From assembly GCA_031418395.1 (NCBI GenBank), contig JANOXL010000242.1, positions 12 through 64,011 on the forward strand: a stretch of 64,000 nucleotides of DNA, given 5' to 3'. The number at the start of each line of letters is the position of its first letter. Position 1 is the stretch's first letter. Below are positions 1 through 9,689 of this stretch, one piece after another. Origin of the DNA: Rhodoferax sp. (GTDB taxonomy: Bacteria; Pseudomonadota; Gammaproteobacteria; Burkholderiales; Burkholderiaceae_C). A program made the position numbers and the translations under genes. The notes below the pieces were generated by a model that made no database searches, was not told where the DNA came from, and saw nothing but the letters and a program-made list of their open reading frames with translations.

Positions 1-3000
1 AACCCCATCCCGTCGGTGATGCTGTTTGTGTTGCTCACCTTTGCCGGGATTTTGTCCTTTCAGGCCATGAAGGTGCAGAATTTCCCCGACATCGATCTGC
101 CCACCGTCACAGTCACCGCCACTTTACCTGGCGCAGCACCAGCGCAGATGGAGACTGAGGTCGCCCGCAAGATCGAAAACTCGATTGCCACGGTGCAAGG
201 CCTTAAACACATCTACACCAAGGTGCAGGACGGCGCGGTCACGATCACCGCCGAGTTCCGCCTTGAAAAACCCGTGCAGGAAGCCGTAGACGACGTGCGC
301 TCGGCCGTGTCGCGGGTGCGTAGCGAGTTGCCGGGCGACGTGCGTGACCCCATCGTTAGCAAACTCGACATGGCTGGCACCCCGGTGCTGGCCTTCACCA
401 TCGCGTCTAAATCGATGGATGCTGAGGCTTTGTCCTGGTTTGTGGACAATGAAATCGCCAAAACGCTACTGGCGGTGCGTGGCGTGGGTGGTGTCGCCCG
501 CGTTGGCGGTGTCAGCCGGGAAGTGCGGGTAGCACTGGACCCCTTCAAGCTGCAAGCCTTGAACGCTACGGTAGCCGACGTGTCGCGGCAACTTCGCCAA
601 GTGCAGCAAGACAGTGCGGGCGGGCGCACTGACATTGGCGGCAGCGAACAACCGGTGCGCACGCTGGCCACGGTGAAATCCGCAGAAGAACTGGGCAATC
701 TCCATTTGAGCCTGAGTGATGGCCGCAAAATCCGCCTCAACCAGGTCGCCACCATCAGCGACACCGTGGCCGAGCCACGTTCGGCGGCACTGCTCAACGG
801 CAAACCCGTGGTCGGGTTTGAAGTCTCGCGCAGCCGTGGCGAAAGTGAAGTCACGGTCGGCGCGGCCGTGCAGAAAGCGCTGGTCAACTTGAAGGCCTTG
901 CACCCGGATCTGGAACTCACGGAGGCGTTCAACTTTGTCAAACCCGTCGAAGAAGAGTTTGACGGCTCGATGGCCCTGCTCTACGAGGGTGCCGCCCTCG
1001 CGGTGCTGGTGGTGTGGCTTTTCCTGCGCGATTGGCGCGCTACGTTTGTCTCGGCTGTGGCGCTGCCAATGTCGGCCATCCCGGCGTTTATCGGCATGTA
1101 TTTGCTCGGGTTTTCAGTCAACGTCGTGACGCTGCTGGCGCTCTCCCTGGTGATCGGCATTTTGGTGGACGACGCCATCGTGGAGGTGGAGAACATCGTG
1201 CGCCACTTGCGTATGGGCAAATCCCCCTTCCAGGCGGCAATGGAAGCAGCAGACGAAATCGGCCTGGCCGTGATCGCCACCACGTTTACTTTAATTGCCG
1301 TGTTTTTGCCTACGGCTTTCATGAGTGGCGTGGCGGGCAAGTTTTTCAAACAATTCGGCTGGACGGCATCGCTTGCCGTGGGCGCCTCCCTGATCGTCGC
1401 GCGAATGCTCACGCCCATGATGTCCGCTTACATTCTGAAGCCCCTGGTGACCGCCTACAAGGAGCCGGGCTGGCTGAAGATTTATATGAAGATGGCGAGC
1501 TGGTGTGTGCGCCACCGCTTGATCACCGCGATTGCGGCGGCGGCTTTTTTCGTCGGCTCGCTGATGTTGATCCCTCTCTTGCCCACGGGTTTTGTGCCGC
1601 CCGATGACAACTCCCAAACCCAAGTTTATTTGGAGCTGCCGCCTGGCTCGACCCTTAGCCAGACCATGGCCACGGCGGAATCCGCCCGCGTCATGATCAG
1701 CAAGGTCGAACACGTTAAAAGTATCTACACCACGATAGGTGGTGGTAGTGTAGGAACCGACCCCTTTGCGCCCCAAGGTGCCGCCGAGGCGCGCAAGGCC
1801 TCACTCACCATCATCCTCTCAGAACGCGCCGTGCGGCCACGCAAACAGGGAATCGAGGCCAACATACGCAAGGCTTTGGAGCCGCTGCCAGGCGTGCGCA
1901 GCAAAGTTGGCCTAGGGGGATCAGGAGAAAAATACGTCTTGGTACTGACCGGCACTGACCCGCTGGTGTTGAATAGCGCTGCGCAGGCCGTCGAAAAGGA
2001 CTTGCGCACCATTCCTGGCCTGGGCAGCATTGCCTCCACGGCCAGCCTGATCCGGCCTGAAATTGCCGTGCGGCCAAACTTCACAGCTGCAGCAGATTTG
2101 GGTGTGACCACGGCCTCCATCGCTGAAACTCTGCGCATTGCGACAGCCGGCGACTACGACATATCGCTGCCCAAACTCAACCTCGCCCAACGGCAGGTGC
2201 CCATCAGCGTGCGCCTGCAAGACGATGCCCGCAAAGACTTGTCGATCCTGGAGCGGCTGGCCGTGCCAGGCGCGCGTGGGCCGGTCATGCTGGCGCAGGT
2301 CGCCACACTGGAGATGACCGGTGGGCCTGCCGTGATTGACCGCTACGACCGCGCACGCAATGTCAACTTTGAAATCGAACTCTCCGGCCTGCCCTTGGGT
2401 GATGTGACCGAGGCCGTCAAACAATTGCCCGCGATCAAATCCTTGCCGGCCGGCGTGACCGTGGTCGAAGTGGGTGACGCCGAGGTGATGGGCGAACTAT
2501 TTGCCAGCTTCGGGCTGGCCATGCTCACCGGCGTCTTGTGTATTTACATCGTGCTGGTGCTTCTTTTCAAAGATTTCCTGCATCCGGTAACGATTCTGTG
2601 CGCATTGCCGCTGGCGTTGGGCGGCGCGTTTGTCGGGCTTCTGATCGCTGACAAGAGTTTTTCGATGCCGTCCTTGATCGGCTTGATCATGCTGATGGGC
2701 GTGGCCACCAAAAACTCGATTTTGCTGGTGGAATACGCCATCGTCGCCCGACGAGACCACGCTATGACCCGCCTGGAGGCGCTTTTGGACGCCTGCCACA
2801 AACGCGCACGCTCGATCATCATGACCACGCTCGCGATGGGTGCGGGCATGATACCCATCGCCCTCGGATGGGGCGAGGCTGACTCCAGTTTCCGCTCGCC
2901 CATGGCAGTCGCGGTAATTGGCGGCTTGATCACGTCCACGCTGCTCAGTCTGCTGGTCGTGCCCGCCGTGTTCACCTACGTGGACGACCTGGAGCATTTG

Positions 3001-3102
3001 ATCAGACGGCTGTGGGGCAAGCTGCGGGGTAACAAGCCCACGACGCCACACGCCTCGCCCGCGCCTCTAGTTCCCGCCACCGCCGAAACAACCAAGCCGT
3101 AA
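1..3102 (+). CDS. RND-family efflux transporter permease (AcrB/MdtB-like), 5' end cut by window edge
   Basis: 1028-aa ORF whose frame is open from nt 1. Long 12-TM-type protein with two large soluble loops. Motifs GILVDDAIVEVENI and TKNSILLVEYA are typical of RND pumps. Confidence 0.9.
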   Translation, partial: NPIPSVMLFVLLTFAGILSFQAMKVQNFPDIDLPTVTVTATLPGAAPAQMETEVARKIENSIATVQGLKHIYTKVQDGAVTITAEFRLEKPVQEAVDDVRSAVSRVRSELPGDVRDPIVSKLDMAGTPVLAFTIASKSMDAEALSWFVDNEIAKTLLAVRGVGGVARVGGVSREVRVALDPFKLQALNATVADVSRQLRQVQQDSAGGRTDIGGSEQPVRTLATVKSAEELGNLHLSLSDGRKIRLNQVATISDTVAEPRSAALLNGKPVVGFEVSRSRGESEVTVGAAVQKALVNLKALHPDLELTEAFNFVKPVEEEFDGSMALLYEGAALAVLVVWLFLRDWRATFVSAVALPMSAIPAFIGMYLLGFSVNVVTLLALSLVIGILVDDAIVEVENIVRHLRMGKSPFQAAMEAADEIGLAVIATTFTLIAVFLPTAFMSGVAGKFFKQFGWTASLAVGASLIVARMLTPMMSAYILKPLVTAYKEPGWLKIYMKMASWCVRHRLITAIAAAAFFVGSLMLIPLLPTGFVPPDDNSQTQVYLELPPGSTLSQTMATAESARVMISKVEHVKSIYTTIGGGSVGTDPFAPQGAAEARKASLTIILSERAVRPRKQGIEANIRKALEPLPGVRSKVGLGGSGEKYVLVLTGTDPLVLNSAAQAVEKDLRTIPGLGSIASTASLIRPEIAVRPNFTAAADLGVTTASIAETLRIATAGDYDISLPKLNLAQRQVPISVRLQDDARKDLSILERLAVPGARGPVMLAQVATLEMTGGPAVIDRYDRARNVNFEIELSGLPLGDVTEAVKQLPAIKSLPAGVTVVEVGDAEVMGELFASFGLAMLTGVLCIYIVLVLLFKDFLHPVTILCALPLALGGAFVGLLIADKSFSMPSLIGLIMLMGVATKNSILLVEYAIVARRDHAMTRLEALLDACHKRARSIIMTTLAMGAGMIPIALGWGEADSSFRSPMAVAVIGGLITSTLLSLLVVPAVFTYVDDLEHLIRRLWGKLRGNKPTTPHASPAPLVPATAETTKP

Positions 3103-3123
3103 GGCCAGGCTCGCCAGGAAAAT

Positions 3124-3615
3124 CTAAGCCCTGATTTTATTGACCAGCGCGGTGGTGGAATAACCGCTCACAAACGGTATCGCCAGCGCCCTGCCACCAT
3201 AAGCTTCAACGATTTTGGTTTCGGCCAGTTTCGCCATGTCGTAGTCGCCGCCCTTGACCAGCAAGTCGGGTCTCAGCTCGGCGATCAGCGCCAGCGGCGT
3301 GTCGTCGTCAAACCAGGTCACCATGCTGACAGACTGCAAGGCGGCAATGACCACCGCACGGTCCATGGCGTTGTTCAAAGGTCGACCCGGCCCTTTGCCT
3401 AAACGGCGCGCGGAGGCGTCCGAATTGAGGGCGACGACCAGACTGCCGCCTAGGGCGCGTGCCTGCTCCAGATAAACCACATGTCCCCGGTGCAAAACAT
3501 CGAACACACCGTTGGTAAAGACCAGGGGACGCACCAGTGTGCGGGCGCGCACCAAGGCGTCCACACGCAGGCATAACTTGCCCGTCATCGCGGTGTTTAA
3601 GTCTAAATCGTCCAT
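3124..3615 (-). CDS. hldC: D-glycero-beta-D-manno-heptose 1-phosphate adenylyltransferase (RfaE domain-II-like cytidylyltransferase)
   Basis: 163 aa. FTNGVFDVLHRGHVVYLEQAR contains the HxGH nucleotidyltransferase motif. C-terminal VKGGDY...GYSTT resembles RfaE domain II. Confidence 0.75.
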   Translation of the reverse strand: MDDLDLNTAMTGKLCLRVDALVRARTLVRPLVFTNGVFDVLHRGHVVYLEQARALGGSLVVALNSDASARRLGKGPGRPLNNAMDRAVVIAALQSVSMVTWFDDDTPLALIAELRPDLLVKGGDYDMAKLAETKIVEAYGGRALAIPFVSGYSTTALVNKIRA

Positions 3616-3694
3616 GCGCCAATGCTAGCAGGGCACTTATCCAGGCTTGGCTTTTGAATTTGCGTGGAAACCACGTCATCAAATCGCCTTTCGA

Positions 3695-3712
3695 TTGACA
3701 CAAGTCTGTCAC
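3695..3712 (+). promoter_or_regulatory. Pho-box-like direct repeat (TTGACAC-AAGT-CTGTCAC)
   Basis: 7-4-7 arrangement resembling the PhoB box CTGTCAT-N4-CTGTCAT (4/7 and 6/7 matches). Lies about 120 nt upstream of the metallophosphoesterase ORF. Confidence 0.25.
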
Positions 3713-3831
3713 CACGACAAAGGACACTCCGTTGGTTACAGACAAAAAAGCGATATGCAAACTCACTTTGCCAATCCCCTTATGACCCAAAATCCTTTTG
3801 AACGCTCTGACTTCATTGGGAAACGGTTGCA

Positions 3832-4776
3832 GTGGGCGTTTTGCAAGGCATTCGAAGTGGCCCGATGATGCGGGCCGCCTTTCGAGCGGCAGGAGAGTGG
3901 GCGAATGCCCCACACGGCAGGTCGGCGTCCGACTCTGCTGATAATTTGCAGCAAGCAGAGGATGACGCATCGAATCGACGGCGGATACGTGCCATCTTCA
4001 TTTCAGATCTTCACATCGGTACGCCCGGATTTCAGGCAGAGGCGCTGCTTGAGTTTCTGAGACTTCACCCAAGCGACTATCTTTATCTGGTCGGCGATAT
4101 CGTGGATGGCTGGCAACTCAGGCGCAGATGGTTCTGGCCACAATCCCACAACGATGTCATTCAGAAGTTGTTACGCCGCGCCCGCAAGGGTTGCCGCGTT
4201 GTGTTTGTTCCGGGAAATCACGACGAATTCGCCAGGGCGTTTGTCGGGCATCAGTTCGGTGGCATAGACGTCGTCAGCACGGCCGTCCATCAGACTCTGG
4301 ATGGCCGCTCGCTCTGGGTCACACACGGCGACCAGTTTGATGGCGTCGTGCAATGCGCCAAGTGGCTGGCCTACCTGGGTGACAACCTCTATGAGCTGAC
4401 GTTGCGCATCAATCGCCATCTGAACAATTTCCTCGCCCGGGTCGGAATGCCGTATTGGTCTCTATCGGCATTTCTTAAAAACAAGGTCAAACTGGCCTTG
4501 AGTTACGTGCAAGATTTTGAAGTGGCGGTTGCCCGTGAGGCTCAAAGACTCGGGCATGACGGCGTTATTTGTGGCCATATCCACCGCGCAGAAATGCGGG
4601 AAATCAACGGTGTCCTTTATTGCAACGACGGCGATTGGGTGGAAAGCCGTACAGCGCTGGTCGAACATATGGATGGACGTCTTGAGTTGATATTCTGGCG
4701 TCAAGAGGGTCAGGAAAAACCTCTGGAATCGTCAAAAGCGCCATTAGGTCAACCTCCTGTACCTGCCGCTCACTGA
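3832..4776 (+). CDS. LpxH/PlcP-like calcineurin-type metallophosphoesterase (start may be at internal Met 3865/3868)
   Basis: Metallophosphoesterase motif series: FISDLHIG, LVGDIVDGW, VPGNHDEF, GHIH. Confidence 0.8.
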   Translation: MGVLQGIRSGPMMRAAFRAAGEWANAPHGRSASDSADNLQQAEDDASNRRRIRAIFISDLHIGTPGFQAEALLEFLRLHPSDYLYLVGDIVDGWQLRRRWFWPQSHNDVIQKLLRRARKGCRVVFVPGNHDEFARAFVGHQFGGIDVVSTAVHQTLDGRSLWVTHGDQFDGVVQCAKWLAYLGDNLYELTLRINRHLNNFLARVGMPYWSLSAFLKNKVKLALSYVQDFEVAVAREAQRLGHDGVICGHIHRAEMREINGVLYCNDGDWVESRTALVEHMDGRLELIFWRQEGQEKPLESSKAPLGQPPVPAAH

Positions 4777-4786
4777 GCCTTCACTC

Positions 4787-5713
4787 TCAATGGGTTTCCT
4801 GAGGCAAATGCATCAGGCTTTGACCCATACGCACCTGCGCGCCCGCCTGCACTGTCTCGCTCAATTCAAAACCCTCCGGAGCCAGCACGATGATGGTCGA
4901 GCCGTGTTCAAACCAACCCAACTCCTCGCCCTTCGAGACGTTTGCGTTGCAGCGAATTTGATTCGGGCCAGGGTAGCTCAGGTGCAGCAGCACATTCACA
5001 AAGTGCAAGCGAATACTGGCCACGAGAATTGCCGCCACGGGCACCAGAGCAATAGGAAAATTACCCTTACCCAATCGGGCGTGTATAACCGCCCTCTCAT
5101 TTTTACAAAACAGACGCTCTACCCGTTTTAGTGCAATGGGATTCACGTTCCAGGTGTCGCCGTTGATGTAGTTGACTTGCTGGATGCTCAAGTCGTGCGG
5201 CGCGTGAAAGCGGTGGTACATCGCGGACGTCAGTCTCAAGGTGACATAACTACCCCCTTCAAATACCAATGCATCCGGCTGCGAACCCAACAGTTCCCCC
5301 AGTGTGTAGGGGAAACCTTTAGCCTGAAACACAGTACCGTTGTGAATGCGGCCATGCTCGCCAACAATACCGTCACTGGGACTCACCAGAACGCCAGGCC
5401 GAGGGTCAAGCGGTCGGGCGTCTGGTTTCAGTTTGCGCGTAAAGCAAGCGTGGAGGCTGTCAAAAGACGCTTGCTCTGCATCGGCCAAATCCAAGTCCAC
5501 AAATAGTCGCCAGACGAACATCAGAAAGCTGCACAACAGCGGACTGCGAATTTTGCTTAATCGGCCGACGGCAACCGTTAGCGCAATACGTGGAACCCGA
5601 TTGGTAAGCAGGAAGTTCAAGTCTTCGTTCTGGGCAAGCGAGCGAAGTGTTGTCAGAGTTTTTGGAATTTTCATCAACGCGTCACGCTGTTGCCATAAAA
5701 AGGGGAAACTCAA
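4787..5713 (-). CDS. Phosphatidylserine-decarboxylase-family (pyruvoyl) protein
   Basis: 308 aa. C-terminal FEHGSTIIVL matches the G-S-T self-cleavage motif of PSD proenzymes. Hydrophobic N-terminal segment. Confidence 0.7.
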   Translation of the reverse strand: MSFPFLWQQRDALMKIPKTLTTLRSLAQNEDLNFLLTNRVPRIALTVAVGRLSKIRSPLLCSFLMFVWRLFVDLDLADAEQASFDSLHACFTRKLKPDARPLDPRPGVLVSPSDGIVGEHGRIHNGTVFQAKGFPYTLGELLGSQPDALVFEGGSYVTLRLTSAMYHRFHAPHDLSIQQVNYINGDTWNVNPIALKRVERLFCKNERAVIHARLGKGNFPIALVPVAAILVASIRLHFVNVLLHLSYPGPNQIRCNANVSKGEELGWFEHGSTIIVLAPEGFELSETVQAGAQVRMGQSLMHLPQETH

Positions 5714-5727
5714 ACTCGGAGCAATGG

Positions 5728-7419
5728 ATGGCAGACCCCGTGAGCCTGAATATCACAAATTTCACAAACATTGAATTCGCTGTGGCCACCGCTGCTGCGG
5801 TGCTACTGACAGGTTGGATGCTGCGCAAAGGCAAACAGCGGCTTGAGTTGTCGCTCGCAAAACATCCGTCGCTGGCCGGACATTCGCGCTGGGCAAAAAG
5901 AATTGCCCGTCAAATCCCCGGGTACGACTACAACGAGCAAGAATTTTTTGGTTCAGACGCTGCGTCCGCCGATTTGATCGCGCTGCGAAAGACAAACTTC
6001 CACCGGCTGGCAGCAAGTTTTGCAAAGCGTTTTCCGAAGTCAAATGCGATGACCAGTGAGGCACGTGAAGGTCTTTCTGACTTGCAATTCACCGGCGCCT
6101 ACCGGGTTCCGTTTCAATACAGCCGATACCTTCGACAACACATCAGCGTCGGCGCTTTTCTCAAAGCAAGCGAAGGCGTGATGTTGGAGGATCTTGACGG
6201 CAATCGACTGTTTGACTTGGCAGGTTCGTATGGTGTCAACCTGTTTGGTTATGACTTCTACAAAGTCTGTATGGACGAAGGTGCCAACATGGTCCGGGAA
6301 CTCGGGCCGGTACTGGGTGCCTACCACCCTGCGGTGATCTACAACATCAAGCGCCTTAAAGAGATCTCGGGTCAGGACGAGGTGTCGTTCCATATGTCAG
6401 GCACAGAGGCGGTTATGCAAGCTGTCCGATTGGCCCGTTACCACACCCGAAGAAGCCACATCGTTCGTTTCTGTGGGGCCTATCACGGCTGGTGGGACGA
6501 TGTACAGCCCGGCCCAGGCAATCCTGCCAACGTCCGCGACACTTATACGCTTCGCGACATACATGCTCACTCCCTGCATGTTTTGCGGACACGCCGTGAT
6601 ATCGCCTGCGTACTCGTGAACCCGTTGCAGGCGCTGCATCCGAATGCCAGCGCGCCCGGCGATTCCGCTCTGCTCGACAGCAGCCGCCGAGCTGGCTTCG
6701 ACCGCGATGCGTACACCGCATGGCTGCTTGAATTGCGAAAGGTTTGCACAGACAACGGCATCGTGCTGATATTTGATGAGGTTTTTCTCGGGTTCCGATT
6801 GGCTCCCGGGGGGGCGCAGGCTTATTTTGGCGTTAAGGCGGACCTCGTCACCTACGGTAAGACTCTGGGCGGCGGATTGCCGGTAGGCGTCATTTGTGGC
6901 ACTTCTACTTTGATGCGCCGGTTCCGGCCTGACCGACCGGTAGACATCTGTTTTGCGCGGGGAACCTTCAACGCCCACCCGTACGTCATGGGCGCCATGA
7001 ATGCGTTTCTGAAACGTATGCAAACGCCGCATGTATTGGCGCTTTACGAGGGGCTTGACGCGCGCTGGAACCAGCGGGCGGCCCAACTCAATGACACACT
7101 CGCCAAAGAAAACCTGCCGGTACGGGTTGCGAATATGGCGACCGTCTGGACGATCACCTATACGCGCCCCTCCCGCTACAACTGGATGTTTCAGTTTTAT
7201 CTGCGCCTGCATGGTTTGGCCCTGAGCTGGGTGGGCAGCGGGCGAATGATTTTCAGCTTGAACTACACCGACGCTGATTTTGAAGAGGTCGCTCACAGAC
7301 TCTTGGCGGCGGCAAAACAAATGCAGGCAGAAGCCTGGTGGGAGAACCCGTCTGGACAGACAAATCGCCAGATCCGCCGCAGCATCTTTCTCGAAGCGCT
7401 AAAGCACCGCAAGCGATAG
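5728..7419 (+). CDS. Class-III (glutamate-1-semialdehyde aminomutase-like) PLP aminotransferase with about 130-aa N-terminal extension including a TM segment
   Basis: SGTEAVMQAVRLAR, FDEVFLGFR and YGKTLGGGLP (PLP-Lys region). Start moved to MADPV so it does not overlap the divergent PSD-like gene. Confidence 0.75.
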   Translation: MADPVSLNITNFTNIEFAVATAAAVLLTGWMLRKGKQRLELSLAKHPSLAGHSRWAKRIARQIPGYDYNEQEFFGSDAASADLIALRKTNFHRLAASFAKRFPKSNAMTSEAREGLSDLQFTGAYRVPFQYSRYLRQHISVGAFLKASEGVMLEDLDGNRLFDLAGSYGVNLFGYDFYKVCMDEGANMVRELGPVLGAYHPAVIYNIKRLKEISGQDEVSFHMSGTEAVMQAVRLARYHTRRSHIVRFCGAYHGWWDDVQPGPGNPANVRDTYTLRDIHAHSLHVLRTRRDIACVLVNPLQALHPNASAPGDSALLDSSRRAGFDRDAYTAWLLELRKVCTDNGIVLIFDEVFLGFRLAPGGAQAYFGVKADLVTYGKTLGGGLPVGVICGTSTLMRRFRPDRPVDICFARGTFNAHPYVMGAMNAFLKRMQTPHVLALYEGLDARWNQRAAQLNDTLAKENLPVRVANMATVWTITYTRPSRYNWMFQFYLRLHGLALSWVGSGRMIFSLNYTDADFEEVAHRLLAAAKQMQAEAWWENPSGQTNRQIRRSIFLEALKHRKR

Positions 7420-7435
7420 GATTTTGGACAAAGTT

Positions 7436-8044
7436 TCAACTCTGCCGCGCATGTGACATGGGATCCGTGATTTCACCGCGCATCAAATATAGCGGCGCTT
7501 TATAGTAAAGCTTGATATCGTGAAATGGATCGGTAATGATCTTTGTGCCCCAAACCAATGCTGTCATCAGATTCTGTTGAATGCCCAGCTGGACCATACG
7601 AAACAAGAGGCCACCTGCGCCCAAGCCCAACCAGACCATCGCGACGATGCGCACGTATTCCCCAAAGGAGTTGTAGCCCTGGAAAAGGCCAAGCACGGTG
7701 GGGTCAAGCCAGACCAGGATGGGTGAAAACGCCCAAATACTCATAAACACCATTTTGCGGCGCAGGTTGTACCCCACCTTGATGTCTTCCTTGTGGGCAT
7801 GGGTCGCCTGGTTGACATGGTCGTAGTCATGCGGCTCAAAAAAGAAATGCCCGGCTTGGCGCGTGGTCATCGAAACCAGCCAGGCCAACAATGCAGAGAC
7901 CACCGGGTCAATGAAGAGCCAGATGTAGGCCGCGACAAAACAAAGTGCGCTGACAAGATGCAGCGACTGGTTAATCCGGTTGTGGTGGTAATAACGATGA
8001 TCATCCCATCGCTGCGTCTGCAGTTCTTTGAAAAAGTCTTTCAC
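7436..8044 (-). CDS. His-rich integral membrane protein, tentatively Mpo1-like/DUF962
   Basis: Four or five hydrophobic segments. HHNRINQSLH fits the H-x-N-x-x-N-x-x-x-H motif that I recall for DUF962. Second His cluster HFFFEPHDYDH. GTG start at 8044 is preceded by AAAGGA. The ORF track extends to 8284. Confidence 0.5.
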   Translation of the reverse strand: MKDFFKELQTQRWDDHRYYHHNRINQSLHLVSALCFVAAYIWLFIDPVVSALLAWLVSMTTRQAGHFFFEPHDYDHVNQATHAHKEDIKVGYNLRRKMVFMSIWAFSPILVWLDPTVLGLFQGYNSFGEYVRIVAMVWLGLGAGGLLFRMVQLGIQQNLMTALVWGTKIITDPFHDIKLYYKAPLYLMRGEITDPMSHARQS

Positions 8045-8171
8045 GCTAGTTCCTTTTGCTGGACGGTTGGATCTGCACACCGCCCAACCCGTTTGGTCGG
8101 TGTGTCTGGATGGTGACGGGAATTGATGAAAGTTTGGTGACTTTTTAGCGTGTTTTCGATGGGCACCCCTT

Positions 8172-8189
8172 TTGTCATAAAACTGTTGC
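8172..8189 (+). promoter_or_regulatory. Pho-box-like direct repeat (TTGTCAT-AAAA-CTGTTGC)
   Basis: 6/7 and 4/7 matches to CTGTCAT with the canonical 4-nt A-rich spacer. Lies 22 nt upstream of the GT4 ATG. Confidence 0.3.
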
Positions 8190-8211
8190 ATCACACTTTC
8201 ATGATGTCGGC

Positions 8212-9450
8212 ATGAACGAAATGAACTATCCGTTTTTCGAGGTGGGCGAGTTGGATTCAACGAAGCAACCCTGGCGGGTTGCAATGGTCAGCGAAACCTA
8301 TCCGCCCGAAGTCAATGGTGTCGCGCGCACCTTGCAACAGGTGGTGCAAGGCTTGCTGGATCGGGGTCACGACCTTCAACTGGTAAGGCCTCGGCAGGGA
8401 AAAGATGAGCGACCCGCTTCATCGCCAAATTTCAACGAAGTCTTGACGAAAGGATTGACGATTCCCATGTACCGTCACCTTCGAATGGGATTGCCATCCA
8501 AACGCACGCTGATGAAACTTTGGCAGGATAAGAGGCCAGCCCTTGTCCACATTGCCACCGAGGGCCCTCTCGGGTGGTCAGCACTTCGAGCAGCTACCGA
8601 GCTCAGATTGCCCGTCGTTTCCGACTTCCGAACAAATTTTCAGGCTTACGCGCAGTATTACGGTATCAGTTGGCTGCAAGGATCCACGATGGCTTATCTG
8701 CGTAGCTTTCACAACCAATGCAACCAGACGATGGTGCCGACCGAAGCTCTTCTTCAACAACTCTCCGGAAACGGGTTCAAACGACTCAAGGTGGTCGCCC
8801 GCGGTGTCGATACACTGAACTTCGCACCGACCAAACGCAGTCAGGGACTCCGCGAGAAATGGGGCGTTTACGGCGATGACGTCGCGGTTTTGCACGTGGG
8901 TCGACTTGCAGCCGAGAAGAACCTGGGCGTCTTGATCCGGGCCTACGACAAGATTCGCTCAGTGCAGCCCCGTGCGCGTCTGGTTGTGGTGGGCGACGGA
9001 CCTATGCGCGCCGAGCTTCAGGCGCAGTTTCCTCAAGCCTACTTTGCCGGCTTTCAATCAGGCGAAGCGCTGGCAGCTCACTATGCCTCTGGCGACATGT
9101 TTTTGTTTCCCAGTTTGACCGAGACCTATGGCAACGTAACGCCGGAAGCGATGGCCAGTGGTTTGGGCGTCGTTGCCTTTGATGACGCTGCTGCCGGTGA
9201 ATTGATCGAACATCGCAGCAACGGACTGCTTGCACCAAAGACCGACTCTGCTGCATTCGTCACTCTGGCAGCCGAGCTGGCCCGCAACGCCACCCTACGG
9301 CGTCAATACGGTGACCAGGCCCGCTCAACCGTTTTAGCGCACGGATGGAGTGAGATCGTGCGCAATGTTGAAGACGTTTATGCCAACGCCATCAAGCAGA
9401 GTCCTTTCTCCCTCGCCCATGATATTCGGTCGAGGCTGTTGCCGGTTTGA
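8212..9450 (+). CDS. GT4-family (GT-B, group 1) glycosyltransferase
   Basis: N-terminal VAMVSETYPPEVNGVA. C-terminal FLFPSLTETYGNVTPEAMASG contains the E-x7-E motif. Confidence 0.85.
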   Translation: MNEMNYPFFEVGELDSTKQPWRVAMVSETYPPEVNGVARTLQQVVQGLLDRGHDLQLVRPRQGKDERPASSPNFNEVLTKGLTIPMYRHLRMGLPSKRTLMKLWQDKRPALVHIATEGPLGWSALRAATELRLPVVSDFRTNFQAYAQYYGISWLQGSTMAYLRSFHNQCNQTMVPTEALLQQLSGNGFKRLKVVARGVDTLNFAPTKRSQGLREKWGVYGDDVAVLHVGRLAAEKNLGVLIRAYDKIRSVQPRARLVVVGDGPMRAELQAQFPQAYFAGFQSGEALAAHYASGDMFLFPSLTETYGNVTPEAMASGLGVVAFDDAAAGELIEHRSNGLLAPKTDSAAFVTLAAELARNATLRRQYGDQARSTVLAHGWSEIVRNVEDVYANAIKQSPFSLAHDIRSRLLPV

Positions 9451-9689
9451 TTTAAGGAAGCGCGGTTTTATTCATCGGGGTCCATGGCGATTGGGTTGGG
9501 ATGGGCTTCGAAGCTTCAAATTCCACGGAGCAGCGCATCTTTGCATTTGCGAGTTGAAAAGCCCTCAACTTTAGGCCACATCACCGAGGCGTCATTCAAT
9601 TCGGCGTCACACAAGCGCCACAAAACTGACATCGCCCTTTCGCAAAGTCGGATGAAACTTGTCGGCAGTGGTATCAACCGTAGAAAGTT

